A stretch of 64,000 nt of DNA from Hypanus sabinus (GCF_030144855.1 NC_082714.1:80724001-80788000); one strand, 5' to 3'. Shown: positions 10,663 through 23,420, counted from the stretch's first letter. Made by a program: numbers and translations. Notes: generated from the letters alone by a model not told the origin.

Positions 10663-11589
10663 ACTGGCTCTGAGTGGTTGGCTGGCGAGGAATCGATCTG
10701 TCAAAGTGGTTGACCAGGTAACCAGAGAAAGGTTTTCTTACGTTGATGGTTAGGTTAATGCTGAAAGGATTCACCAAAGCATTGCCTGGGTAAAGCTGCT
10801 ATTTTTCTCAAGACACCACAGAAAGCATCTATCCAGATGCACAGCGGTTTGGTATGGCTTAAGGTGACGCTGGTGAGGCAGAGCAACCACTTGCAAACAA
10901 AACAAGCTAAACTATTAACTATTGTATTAAGGACGATCACAACAACCTACAGCCTGTAACTTCCCTTTGGTAGCTGAGCTTTTGAACCGCCTGTAGGACC
11001 TGACATACTTGCGGTGTGAACCGAGGTCTCGGAGCTGCAGTGTGACGTGCAAAGGGCCGAATCAAGGTGATGGAGCCGGGATCCAAGAGCTGGGAACGAG
11101 TCAAGGTTTGGCCATCGTTGGGGCAGACGTAGAGGCGATCCGACACGGCAGAACTGGGGCCAAGGCTGGCCCGACGACAGAGGGTATCAAAGCAGCAGGG
11201 CCTGGGTCCAAGAGTGAGCAACAACCTGGAGTTTGTATGATTGAAGCGACGGGCCAGATTGAAAAGGTCAGGTGTCAGGGCCGGAAGCGAGGGATGGGCC
11301 AGTGTTCAGCTGGCTGTTCCACAAGGTTTACTCGTTTCTGCAACGAGCAGAGGCTGTGGCCTGTGGCTAACAGGCTCCTGGACCGGCTGTAGTGACGACT
11401 GGCTTCGTGGCCGTGAACTCACCTCCACAACTTCAGTTGCATGATTTGTTTCGTTTTTCTGTGCTCGACAGCCCGGTTTTAATGGCTTCTATTGGAGAAG
11501 CTTGTAAAGAAACCAATCTCAAGGTTGTATATAGAATACTTACTTTGGTAATAAACGTACTTCGAACTTTGCTCTGCCTGTGACCACAA

Positions 11590-12540
11590 AAAAGCGACGA
11601 GGAGTTGTGGACCCAGCACATCCCGGAAACCAGCGTCGCCTCCATGGACTCTGTCGACACTCCTCACTGCCTCGGTAACGCAGCCGGCATCACCAGCCAC
11701 CTGGACAATCCAGAGAGCTGCACATCCCGGAAACCAGCGTCGCCTCCATGGACTCTGTCGACACTCCTCACTGCCTCGGTAAAGCAGCCGGCAGAATCAA
11801 AGACCACCATTCTCTCTTCTCCCCTCTCCCATCGGGCAGGAGATACGAAAGCCTCAAAGATATGTGCTTAGTCCAATGCTCTGCACTCATGACTATATGG
11901 CTAGGCACAGCACAAATGCCATCTATAAGATCATTGATGACAACACTGTTGTTGGCAGAGTCTCAGATGGCGATGAGGAGGTGAACAGGAGTGAGATAGA
12001 TCAGCTAGGCTGAGTGGTGTTGCAACTTGCCCTCAACGTCAGCAAGATCAAGGAATTGTGGACTTCAATAAGGGGAGCTCCAGCAAACACTAGTTCTCAT
12101 CAAGGGGTCAGCTTTGGAAAGTGCGATCAGTTTCAAGTTCCTGGGTGTCACCATCTCAGAGGATCGATCCTAAGTCCAACTCAATAGAGTAATCACCAAA
12201 AAGCCACAGCAGGGGCTGAATTTCATTCGGAGTTTTGAGACTTGGTACGTCACAAATTTCTACAATGTACAGTTCAGAGCATACCGATTGGCTGCATCAC
12301 ACCCTGGGGATATACCAAATCTCAAACATCAGCCAATTCCATTATAGTTGCAACCCACACGGACATCAAGAACATCTTCAAGAGGCAGAGCCTCAAGAGG
12401 AGAGATCCATCCATCTGGGACGTGTCTTCTTATGGTTACTAATATCAGGGAGGAGGAACAGGAGCCTGAAGACCCACACTCAACTTTTTAGGAACAGCTT
12501 CTTCCTGTTTGCCATCAGATTTCTGAATGGTCCATAAACC
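11590..12540 (+). mobile_element. Decayed Rex1/L2-like fragments, including a ~63-bp direct duplication (11616 and 11720)
   Basis: IKDHHSLFSPLPSGRRYESLK; gcacatcccggaaaccagcgtcgcctccatggactctgtcgacactcctcactgcctcggtaa occurs twice, 104 bp apart. Confidence 0.65.
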
Positions 12541-12547
12541 CATGGCG

Positions 12548-12740
12548 GGCTGGTGGCGCGGTGACGTCAGCGCCGGACACTGGAGGTTCCTGAGTTCGAA
12601 TCCAGTCGGGCTGCTCCCGGACACGCTTTCCATCCGTGTCGAGCTCGCGACTTGGCCTCGTAAAACAACAAACAACTGCGCTGTGAGAAGGATGTGGGGG
12701 ACCACTCACAGAATCTTTCCTTGAAGAAATAAGTGGCCGC
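12548..12740 (+). mobile_element. tRNA-derived SINE
   Basis: A box tggcgcggtg and B box gagttcgaatcc, followed by a non-tRNA body. Confidence 0.6.
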
Positions 12741-12894
12741 TGAGGCTCTGGCTGAGTCTGGCACACAAAAAGAAAAATAAACGCACGCACCTTGTTATTC
12801 CTTCTCTTTACAGTTTCTGCAACGTAGCAATACTTTGTACTGCTCTCACAGAACAACAAATTTCACGATGTACGTCAGTGATGAAAAACCTGAT

Positions 12895-13620
12895 TCTGAC
12901 CTGGTTAACTGGGCTGTCACAGTGTTGACTCAGATGAATGGGAACAGCTTGTCAATGTATTAACTTGGTCAACTGAGGTAGGTTAGCAGTGTTAACTTGT
13001 TAACAGGTAATTACCATTGGGGGCTTGGCCGATTCCAGAGTTAACTGGGGACTGGCTCATCATAGTATTAACTATAGTAAACAAGCCTGGTTAAGCACCA
13101 TGTTCACTTGGTAACTGGATACTGATTTATCAAAATGCTGACCAAGTTAACTGGTCACTAGTTTATCATAGTATTAACTAGAGGAAGTTTGGTCAATCAC
13201 CATATTCACTGGCTAAATGAACAACGTTTTAACAAAGTGCTGACTTAGTTAACTGCAACTGGTTTATTGTAGTATTAATTAGAGCAGATAAAAATAGTTA
13301 ACTGTCATGTTCACTTGCCAACTGAAGTGCTTATTGGTGTTGACTCAGTAACTGGGATCTGGTTTATAATAGAATTAACTAGCCTAAATGAGACTGATTA
13401 ATCAGTGCTCACTGGCTAACTAGGTGCTTGTTTATTGAACCTAGTTAACTGGGAAATGGTTTATTGGTGTTGACCTAGGTAACTGAGAATTGGTTTATCA
13501 AAGTATCGCCCTAGTTGTTAACTGGGGTCTGGTTAATTACAATCTTAACTCAGTAAATGAGACTGATTAATCACAGTGCTCACTGGCTAACTAGGTTCAA
13601 TCGGTTGACCCGGTTAAGTG
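12895..13620. repeat. Degenerate ~35-bp satellite with a palindromic gttaac core
   Basis: gttaactgg..actggtttat..tagt.ttgact recurs; strongest matches at about 13040, 13146, 13248, 13348 and 13444. Confidence 0.7.
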
Positions 13621-14094
13621 GTGGCCGAGGTGGTTTGGTGGAGCTTGTTGGGTTGGGGGGACGGAGTGAGCCAGTCCCATGGTACCGGACAGGACACCCG
13701 ACAGACCCTGGAGAACAGTGTGTCCGTGCTGGGTCACCGGTCTGCTGTTCCAGAGCGAGAAACTGTTCAGCTGACCCCCTACCCTCATCCTGCACCCCAG
13801 TCACGTTCCCCATTCTCCCCTGGAGAGCCAGTCAGGCCGGTGTCCTCTATCACGTGGGCCATCCGGCCTGCATCTGCTGCAGCCGGCTGGGGCTGACGTG
13901 GGAACCGGCTTCAGAGATGCCACAGCCGGAGCCGGATTGTGGGCAGCGGGGCTGGAGTGGAGGAAGGATGGGTGTAGTTGGGAAGGCCACTCCCCAGTTA
14001 CCCAGCTGTAGCCCCTTGGCTGAACAACACACCCTGGGACAAAGTCTTTCACCCATCAGAGAACTGGCTTCATGTTCAAGCGTAACACGGATGC

Positions 14095-14539
14095 ATAAAG
14101 ATACACAAAATACAGACACACACAAACAGAGAGACACAGGCACACACACAAATACACACTCACTCATTCACAGACACACACACTCACATACACAGACACA
14201 CAAATATACACTCACTCATACACAGACACACAAACACACATTCACTCATACACAGAGACACTCACTCATACACAGACACACAAATACACACTTACTCATA
14301 CACAGACACATAAACACACACACACACACTCACTCATACACAGAAACACACACACACATACACAGATGCACAAACACACACTCCCACATACACAGAGACA
14401 CAAACACACACTCCCTCATACACCAGATGCACAAACACACACTCCCTCATACACAGATGCACAAACACATACACACTCATACACAGATGCACAAACACAC
14501 ACTCCCTCATACACAGATGCACAAACACACACAAACTCA

Positions 14540-14572
<33 letters not shown>

Positions 14573-14905
14573 AGTCACTCACTCACATACATGGACAGAT
14601 ACAAACACACGTTCCATCATACACATACACATTCACTCATACACACAATCACATACTCATTCATACACAGACACACACAGACACCTTCATATACAGACCC
14701 ACATAAATACACACACACTCCCTCATAGACAGAGATACACTTGCATACACAATATGGGACACACACACACACACATGAAAATCCTTCACACACAATCAGA
14801 TATACAGACACTGTGAAACACAGAGACACAAAGAGACATACACAAACACACTCACACCCATACTCTCTCTCTCCCACACACACACAAACACACACACACA
14901 CAAAT
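14095..14905. repeat. CA-rich compound micro/minisatellite
   Basis: Units such as actcatacacagacacacaaacacac, and (CA)n. Confidence 0.9.
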
Positions 14906-15057
14906 ATACCCCTTAACCCAACCTCAACTGCTCCTTCCCACCCACTCAAAAGACCCTGAACTACACCTGGTATGGCCCTTCATCTCTGCCTGGGAAAAAC
15001 CTCAGTCAAATACAAACTGCAGGCATAAAGTAGTCACAGAACTTCAGGCTCCCAGTT

Positions 15058-16262
15058 ACTCTGTGTCTGAGCCTGGGAGTATGTGATGGAACAGTGTAGA
15101 AGGAGCTTCACTCTGTGTCTGACCCCGGGAGTGTGTGATGGAACAGTGTAGAAGGAGCTTCACTCTGTGTCTGACCCCGGGAGTGTGTGATGGGACAGTG
15201 TGGAGGGAGTTTCACTCTGTGTCTGACCCCGGGAGTGTGTGATGGGACAGTGTGGAGGGAGTTTCACTCTGTGTCTGACCCCAGGAGTGTGTGATGGGAC
15301 GGTGTGGAAGGAGTTTCACTCTGTGTCTGACCCCGGGAGTGTGTGATGGGACAGTGTGGAGGGAGTTTCACTCTGTGTCTGACCCCGGGAGTGTGTGATG
15401 GGACAGTGTGGAGGGAGTTTCACTCTGTGTCTGACCCCGGGAGTGTGTGATGGGACAGTGTGGAGGGAGTTTCACTCTGTGTCTGACCCCGGGAGTGTGT
15501 GATGGGACAGTGTGGAGGGAGTTTCACTCTGTGTCTGACCCCAGGAGTGTGTGATGGGACAGTGTGGAAGGAGTTTCACTCTGTGTCTGACCCTGGGAGT
15601 GTGTGATGGGACAGTGTGGACGGAGTTTCACTCTGTGTCTGACCCCGGGAGTGTGTGATGGGACAGTGTGGAGGGAGTTTCACTCTGTGTCTGACCCCGG
15701 GAGTGTGTGATGGGACAGTGTGGAGGGAGTTTCACTCTGTGTCTGACCCCGGGAGTGTGTGATGGGATGGTGTGGAGGGAGATTCACTCTGTGTCTGAAC
15801 CCAGGAGTGTGTGATGGGACGGTGTGGAGGGAGTTTCACTCTGTGTCTGACCCTGGGAGTGTGTGATCGGACGGTGTGGAGGGAGTTTCACTCTGTGTCT
15901 GACCCCGGGAGTGTGTGATGGGACAGTGTGGAGGGAGTTTCACTCTGTGTCTGACCCCGGGAGTGTGTGATGGAATGGTGTGGAGGGAGTTTCACTCTGT
16001 GTCTGACCCCGGGAGTGTGTGATGGGACGGTGTGGAGGGAGTTTCACTCTGTGTCTGACCCCGGGAGTGTGTGATGGGACAGTGTAGAGGGAGTTTCACT
16101 CTGTGTCTGACCCTGGGAGTGTGTGATGGGACGGTGTGGAGGGAGTTTCACTCTGTGTCTGACCCCGGGAGTGTGTGATGGGACGGTGTGGAGGGAGTTT
16201 CACTCTGTGTCTGACCCCGGGAGTGTGTGATGGGACGGTGTGGAGGGAGTTTCACTCTGTGT
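15058..16262 (+). repeat. 52-bp minisatellite, ~23 copies
   Basis: Unit ctctgtgtctgaccccgggagtgtgtgatgggacagtgtggagggagtttca. Confidence 0.97.
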
Positions 16263-16689
16263 ATTTCCTTGTCCCTGCCCTCAACCATTTCCTCACCCAA
16301 TATTAGTGATCGTTAGGGAACAGTGGGCTAATGGGGAAAACACATTCTTGAGAAAAGCATTCCCTGTGACAGATAAATAGAGAACAAAGGAACGTTGTAA
16401 CCCCCTGGGCAGATGCAGATGTAGGCTGATAGGAGGGCAGGAAGATGGTGCTTTAGAGGGAGGTTTGGCCACAGGCCAGATCTCAAGGTCATGACTGGGG
16501 AGTGTGCAGCTACAGGGCAGATGACACCTGAGGAACTGTGTTTCCCATCTGTGACCGGCTCTGAGAGGCTGTAGCAGGCTGGCCCACTGTCCTGGGGCAG
16601 GCGGTAGGGAGGGAATGCAAGGCGAGGAAGTGAAGTGGAGTGGTGGCTCATTCCCCTCGTGAAAAGGTCTCGGGGTCCCGTTCAACAGC

Positions 16690-16985
16690 CTCCAGGTTGA
16701 CCGTGCGGTAGAGAAGGCATACAGCGTAACTGCTGTTGTGAGTTCAGGTGCTGGCTCGGCTGTCGGGAAGTTATGCTGCAGTTTATAAAACTCCGGTCAG
16801 GCCAGATCTTTCAGTTCTGGTCGCCCCGTTACAGGAGGATGTGGAGGTTTTGGAGAAGGTGCAGGAGAGGTTCACCAGGATAGAGTCTGGATTAGACAAC
16901 GTAAGCTGTAAGGAGAGGTTGGACAAACTTGGGTTTTCTCTGGAGCGGCAGAGGCCTGAGGGGAGACCTGACAAAAGTTTATAAG
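16690..16985 (+). mobile_element. Decayed CR1 fragment
   Basis: YKTPVRPDL...DVEVLEKVQERFTR...ERLDKLGFSLE. Confidence 0.75.
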
Positions 16986-17019
16986 CCTTTCCTGCAGTGG
17001 GACTCTCCCTCTATCACCA

Positions 17020-17740
17020 CTCTTGCAGTGCAGAGCTCCCTCCTCATTGACCTTCCCTTAGTGCAATGTATCCCCTTCACAGCCCCTCCCTCACCATGGA
17101 ACTCTTGTCCATCTGCCCCTCCCACAGTACAGTGCTCCCTCCTCACTACCCGTCTCGGCACAGCTCCCCCCTCACAGCCCCTCCCACAGTACAGTGCTCC
17201 CCCCTCACTACCCCTCCCACAGTACAGTGACCCCTCCTCACTACCCCTGTCTCAGCACGGCTCCTCTTCACAGCCCCTCCCTCTGCCTGGTGCTCCCCCC
17301 TCACAGCCCCTCCCACAGTACAGTGCTCCCCCCTCACTACCCCTCCCACAGTACAGTGCTCCCCCCTCACTACCCCTCCCACAGTACTGTGCTCCCCCCT
17401 CACAGCCCCTCCCACAGTACAGTGTTCCCCCCTCACAGCCCCTGGCTCGGCACGGCTCCCTCTTCACAGCCTCTCCCTCTGCCTGGTGCTCCCCCCTCAC
17501 AGTCCCTCCCACAGTACAGTGCTCCCTCCTCACTACCCCTGTCTTGGCACGGCTCCCTCTTCACAGCCCCTCCCTCTGCCTGGTGCTCCCCCCTCACAGC
17601 CCCTCCCACAGTACAGTGCTCCCTCCTCACTACCCCTGTCTTGGCACGGCTCCCTCTTCACAGCCCCTCCCTCTGCCTGGTGCTCCCCCCTCACCATACC
17701 TCCTGCAGTGCAGTGTTCTCTCCTCACAGCCAGTACATCA
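17020..17740. repeat. C-rich composite minisatellite (33-bp unit within a 97-bp higher-order unit)
   Basis: cccctcccacagtacagtgctcccccctcacta repeats; a three-subunit block recurs at 97-bp spacing. Confidence 0.9.
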
Positions 17741-17994
17741 TTCTCTCTCCTGCCCCTCTGCTGTCCACCCCACTCGGGACCCTTCCTGTCACTTAGTTGA
17801 AGGTCAAAAGGCTGTGATTCTGTTTCACAGGTTTGTTCAAAGTTGAAAGTTCATTCATTATCAAAGTAGGTATACCTTGCACAACCTCGAGATTCACTTT
17901 CCTGAATCTTCCCAGAGGTCAGGATTGCTTTAGGGGGGAGTGAGTTGAGCTGCCATGTTGAATGCCAGCGGTCTGTTTAGGAAAAGGGTTCCCG

Positions 17995-18356
17995 CAAATG
18001 GGGAAGAAATGTGATCTAAGTGGATGATTGTTGGTGCCAGATGGGGTGGTTTGAGTACTTTTATACACACCGTCCTCTACAGTTTACAGAGAATAGCGTG
18101 AAAAACAAAAAAAAAATCCAGTGAGTGGCAGTTCTGCGGATTCTCATTAACACTTTGTTAATGAGGGAGGTCAGAGGAGACTGACCAGACTGGTTCAAGC
18201 TGACAGGAAGGTGACAGTAACTCAAATAGACACCTGTTACAACAGCAGTGTGCAGAAGAGCATCTCTGAATGCACAACATGTCAAACCTTGAAGTGGATG
18301 GGCTACAGCAGCAGACCAGGAACGTACAGAAATACCTCCTGTGGCCACTGAGTGCA
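17995..18356 (+). mobile_element. Non-autonomous Tc1-like deletion derivative
   Basis: Resembles the Tc1 transposase N-terminus (MGKKCDLS..MIVGAR; RLVQADRKVTVTQI..YNS.VQKSISE.TT..TLKWMGYSSR) and ends in gtggccactgagtg. Confidence 0.7.
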
Positions 18357-19479
18357 CTTCCCAGGTCAGGGTGATGGAGGGGGAGTCCTGTGGGAGGTGG
18401 TGTTCCTCTCAGAGATGGAAATCCATGGTGAATGTGTCCCGTCTGCTTGCCCCGTGGTCTGGTATGGCAATCTGAACGTGCAAGAATGTAAGAAGCTGCA
18501 GAGGGTACCACAGGCACATCTTTCCCCAGCAATGGTAGAGCTTACAGGAGAACCTGCCTCAGCGGCTATTGTCAAAGATCTCTGAGATCCGGGCTACGGC
18601 ATCTTCCCGCAGCTACTATCGGCTGGAGGTACAGAAGCCTGTAGACTCACAACACCAGTTTCAGGAACAGCTACGGTTATGTCACAGTTAGCATAATGCT
18701 TTACAGTGCCAGGTGTGAGATCGGAACTCAATGTCTACCGCTGCTTGTAAAGGGTCTGTACGTTCTCCCCGTGATGGCATTGGTTTCCTCAGGCTGCTCC
18801 GGTTTCCTTCCCCGTCCCAGACAAGGTCAGGGAGTGGTGGGTCTGCTATGTTAGTACCAGCAGCATAATGACATAACTGGGCTGACTCCAGTACATCTTG
18901 TCAGAAACAACACATTTTACTGTATGTTTCCTTGTACACGTGATAAATAAAACTAATCTTTAAAAAAAAATGTCAGTTCTTGAACCCCTGTGCAATTCTA
19001 ATCACTACCTCAGTACAGCAACTTGGCACGAAAATGGACTTGTTTTGGCTTAATTGTGGAAATGAAGATGGCAACGAGGAGGCGTAGAGGAATGAGATAC
19101 AGTTACAATAACCTCGCACTTAACACCAAGGAGATGAAGTAATTGATGGTGGACTTCATGGAGGCGATGTTAGGAGAACACACGCACAGTGACAAGATGA
19201 GCAGTTTCAAATTCCTAACACCAACATCACAGAAGATCTATTTTGGGCACAACACATTGATGCAATCGTGAAGGAGGCACACCAGTGGCTCTACTTCATT
19301 AGGAGTTTGAAGAGATTTGATATGTTACTAAAAACTCCCACAAATTCTTCGAGATGCACCACGGACAGCATTCTGACCGGTGTGGAGGGTCCAATGCAGA
19401 GGATCGCCAGTCAGCCAGCTCCATGGAGGACATCTTCAAGAGGTGGTGCCTGAAGGAAACAACATCCATGATCCCCTCC

Positions 19480-21925
19480 CCCACCTGATAGAAAGTGGCT
19501 CCTCCCACTTTCTCCAGACTCAAGGGGTAGCCATGGGCCCCAGCTATGCCGGCTGTTTCACTGGCTACACAGAACAGTCCATGTTCTAAGCCCTCTCTGA
19601 TAATACTCGCCAAATCTTTCTGCGCTACACTGACGACTGCCAAAAGGACAAGACAGGCTGGATGTGGAGCAGACGTTTCCTATGGTGGGGGTATCCAGAA
19701 CTAAAGGATGCAGCCTCATACCTTTTAGAACCGAGGTAAGTAGGAATTTCTTTTAAACCAGAGAGTGGTGAATCTGCGGAATGCTCTGCCACAGACTGCG
19801 GTTGAGGCCCAGTCTGTGGGTATTTAAGGCAGAAGTTGATTGTTTCCTGATTGGTCAGGACATCAAAGGATACGGCGAGAAGGCAGGTGTATCTTGTTGA
19901 ATGGGATCCCGGATCAGCCCTGATGGATTGGCAGAGCAGATGATGGGCTGAATGGCCTAATTCTGCTCCTATGTCTTTTGGCCTTATGGACTGTATTGGT
20001 GCTGTTTCATGCACCCATGCTGAGCTTGTCAATTTCATCAACTTTGCCTCAAACTTCCACCCTACCTTAAATTCACTTGGTCCATTTCAGACACCTCCCT
20101 CCCCTTTCTCAAACTCTTTGTTGCCTTCTCTGGAGGAAAACTGTCCACTGGGATCTTTTATAGACCCACTGATTCCCACAACTATCTTAAGTCAAGTCAA
20201 GTCACTTTTATTGTCATTTTGACCATGACTGCTGGTACAGTACATAGTAAAAACGAGACAACGTTTTTCAGGACCATGGTGTTACATGACACAGTACAAA
20301 AACTAGACTGAACTACGTAAAAAAGACAACAACACAGAGAGAAATAAAAACTATTAAAAAAAACTATACCTCTTCCCATGCTGTCTCCTAGAAAAATGTT
20401 ATTTCCTTTTCTCCGTTCTTCCATCTTTGCTGCACCTGTTTTCAGAATGAGGTTTTCCTTTCCAGGACACCAGAGAAGTCCTCCTTCTCCAAAGGACGGG
20501 GTTTCCCTTCCCCCAGCATTGCTGCTGCCCTTGCCCACATCTCCTCCATTTCCCGGACATCTATGTTCCTGTTGCCTTAACAGTGAAAAGAGTTCCACTT
20601 GTCCTTACCTGGCACCCCATGAGCCTCCACACCCAACACATCATCCTCCACAACTTCTGCCATCTCCTACTACTATATATCTTTAGCTCCACCCCACTCT
20701 CCAGTTTCCACAGGGATCACTCCCTCTGTGATTCCCTTGTCCATTCATCTCTCCCCACTAATTTCCCTCCTGGCACGTACCCCTGTAAGTGACAGAAATG
20801 CTACACCTGCCCATTCATCTCCTCCCTCACCTCCGTTCTGGGCCCCAAACAGTCCTTCCAGATGAGGCAACACTTCACCTGTGAGTCTGTTGGGGTCACC
20901 TCGAGGACTTGATGCTCCTGATGTGGGCCCCTCTGTATTGGTGAGACCTGACGTAAATTCTGAGATCAAGTTGTCGAGCACCTCCGCTCCATCCGCAAAA
21001 AGCATAATCTCCCAGTGGCCAACATTAATTCCTATCCCCGTTCCTGTTCTGACATGTTAGTCCACGGCCTCCTCTTCTGCCTCAATGAGGCCATTCTCTG
21101 GGTGGAGGGCCAACACCTCATATTTCAACTTGATGGCATGAATATTTATCTCTCCTTCTAGAAATATTTTCCCTCCCTCTTTCCTCTTCTTATATCTCTC
21201 ACGCTGGCCTCTTACTGCTTCTCCTCACCTGCAAATCACTCCCCCATGGTGCCCTCCTATCAGATTCCTTCACCTTCAGCTCTTTCCCACTGACCTATCA
21301 CACCCCAGCTTCTTAGTTCATCTCCACTCCCCCACCCCCAGCTTCTAGCTTGTACTCTTTCCCAACCTCCCTCCCTCCCAATCTTCTTATTCTGGCTTCT
21401 GCCATTCCTTTCCAGTCCTGATGAAAGGTCTCTGCATGAATCGTCAGCTGTGTATTCATTTCCATAGATGATTGGAATTTAGAAGATTGAGGGGGGATCT
21501 TATTGAAATGTATAAAATTCTAAAGGGATTGGACAGGCTAGATGCAGGAAGATTGTTTCCGATGTTGGGAGAGTCCAGAACGAGGAGTCACAGTTTAAGG
21601 ATAAAGGGGAAGCCTTTTAGGACCGAGATGATGAAAAACTTCTTCACACAGAGAGTGGTGAATCTGTGGAAATCTCTGCCACAGGAAACAGTTGAGGCCG
21701 GTTCATTGGCTATATTTAAGAGGGAGTTAGATATGGCCCTTGTGGCTAAAGGGATCAGGGGGTATGGAGAGAAAGCTGGTACAGGGTTCTGAGTTGGATG
21801 ATCAGCCATGATCATACTGAATGGCGGTGCAGGCTGGAAGGGGCGAATGGCCTACTCCTGCACCTATTTTCTATGTTTCTAAGATGCCTGATCTGCTGAG
21901 CTTCCCCAGCATTTTGTGTGTGTTG
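19480..21925 (+). mobile_element. Decayed Penelope-like element (RT and GIY-YIG remnants), interrupted by CR1 and LINE-tail insertions
   Basis: HFLQTQGVAMGPSYA (PLE RT motif), LVNFINFASNFHP; 20780-21150 is homologous to the GIY-YIG copy at 2302-2715; degenerate hammerhead at ~21413-21450. Confidence 0.8.
21471..21881 (+). mobile_element. CR1 3' fragment inserted into the Penelope terminus
   Basis: EFRRLRGDLIEMYKILKGLDRLD...FFTQRVVNLW; tail ttctatgtttcta; flanked by agatg on both sides (possible short TSD). Confidence 0.85.
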
Positions 21926-21999
21926 ATCCATCATTAAGGACTGTCACCATCCAGGATGTGACCTCTTCTCATTACTACCACTATAGAGAAGGTACACAC

Positions 22000-22737
22000 T
22001 CGATGTTTCAGGCAGAGTACAAAGTAAATGGCAGGATACTTGGTAGTGTGGAGGAGCAGAGGGATATGAGGGTACATGTCCACAGATCCCTGAAAGTTGC
22101 CACATAGGTAGGTAGGGTAGTTAAGAAAGCTTACAGGGTGTTACCTTTCATAAATCGAGGGATAGAGCTTAATAGTCGCGAGGTAATGATGCAGCTCTAT
22201 AAAACTCTAGTTAGGCCAGACTTGGAGTACTGTGTCCAGTTCCATTTGTCTCACTATAGGAAGGATGTGGAAGCATTGGAAAGGGTATAGAGATTTACCA
22301 GGATGCTGCCTGGTTTAGAGAGTATGCATCATGATCAGAGATTAAGGAAGCTAGGGCTTTACTCTTTGGAGAGAAGGAGGATGAGAGGAGACATGATAGA
22401 GGTATACAAGATATTAAGAGGAATGGATAGAGTGGATAACCAGCGCCTCTTCCCCAGGGCACCACTGCTCAGTACAAGAGGACATGGCTTTAAGGTAAGG
22501 GGTGGGAAGTTCAAGGGGGATAGTAGAGGAAGGTTTTTTACTTAGTTGGTGCGTGGAATGCACTGCCTGAGTCAGTGGTGGAGGCAGATACACTCGTGAA
22601 ATTTAAGAGACTACTGGACAGGTATATGGAGGAATTTAAGGTGGGGGGGGGGTATATGGGAGGCAGGGTTAAGTGTCGGACCAGCATTGTGGGCCAAAGG
22701 GCCTGTACTGTGCTGTACTATTTATGTTCTATGTTCT
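22000..22737 (+). mobile_element. CR1 3' fragment
   Basis: YKVNGRILGSVEEQRD...MLPGLES...LGLYSLERRRMRGDMIEVYK; same subfamily as 1-350. Confidence 0.9.
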
Positions 22738-22979
22738 GTTTCAGGAACAGCCTCTTCCCCTCTGCCATCAGATTTCTGAATGATTGCCTCACTGACCTTG
22801 CTCTCTTTTTGCGCTACTTATTTTTAAAAATGTATTTCATATTGTAATTTGTAGATTTTTATAATGTGTTGCAATGTACTGCTGCCTAAAATCAACACAT
22901 TTCAGGGCCTATGTCAGTGATCCTGTTTCGATATTTATGAATGTAATGCATCTGATTCCGCTGCAAACAAATTTTTCTT

Positions 22980-23420
22980 TGCACCCGCGAGTACTTGTGC
23001 ACGTGACGGCGAATGCCATCGATGCTCTCGGCTCTCGATTCGATCGGAGTCCGCTCGTCACTCGACGGATCGCGCCTGGCCGTTGTCAAGGAGGGTCGAA
23101 CGCATCGAGCGGGGAGGATGAGCCTGGCGGAGAACAGGCCGTCGCGCAAAAATGCCGGCAACCGCATGTCGCGGCTGCTGGAGGCAGAGGAAGAGGACGA
23201 CTTCTACAAGACGACTTACGGCGGCTTCCACGAGGTAGGGGCAGTGGCCCCCGCTCCCGGGCCAAGGCGGTCGGCCGGACGGCCTAATGGCGGGTATGGC
23301 GGCTGAAGGGAGGGCGGGACCAACTGTGCTTCTTCGCCCTCCGATTGGCTGGATTGCTACCCGCCTCGCAGGGGAAACCCTCGTGTCCTATTGGACGCCA
23401 CCGCCCTCAGTCACGACGCA
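22980..23420 (+). promoter_or_regulatory. VPS72 CpG-island promoter region
   Basis: CpG-dense; CACGTGAC E-box at 23000-23007; GC box at 23312-23318; ATTGG (reverse CCAAT) at 23344 and 23390. Confidence 0.7.
23118..23234 (+). CDS. VPS72: VPS72/YL1 (H2A.Z chaperone subunit of SRCAP/TIP60) exon 1
   Basis: MSLAENRPSRKNAGNRMSRLLEAEEEDDFYKTTYGGFHE|gtagg; 117 nt, phase 0. Confidence 0.97.

Noticed and set aside
13557-14816. 419-aa His/Thr-rich ORF
   Set aside because: Translation of CA-rich repeat; no domain or splice structure.
15058-16262. CRISPR-like appearance of the 52-bp and 37-bp arrays
   Set aside because: Units are head-to-tail with no unique spacers, there are no cas genes, and the context is eukaryotic.
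16929-17846. 305-aa Pro/Ser-rich ORF
   Set aside because: Product of the 33/97-bp minisatellite, open in several frames on both strands.
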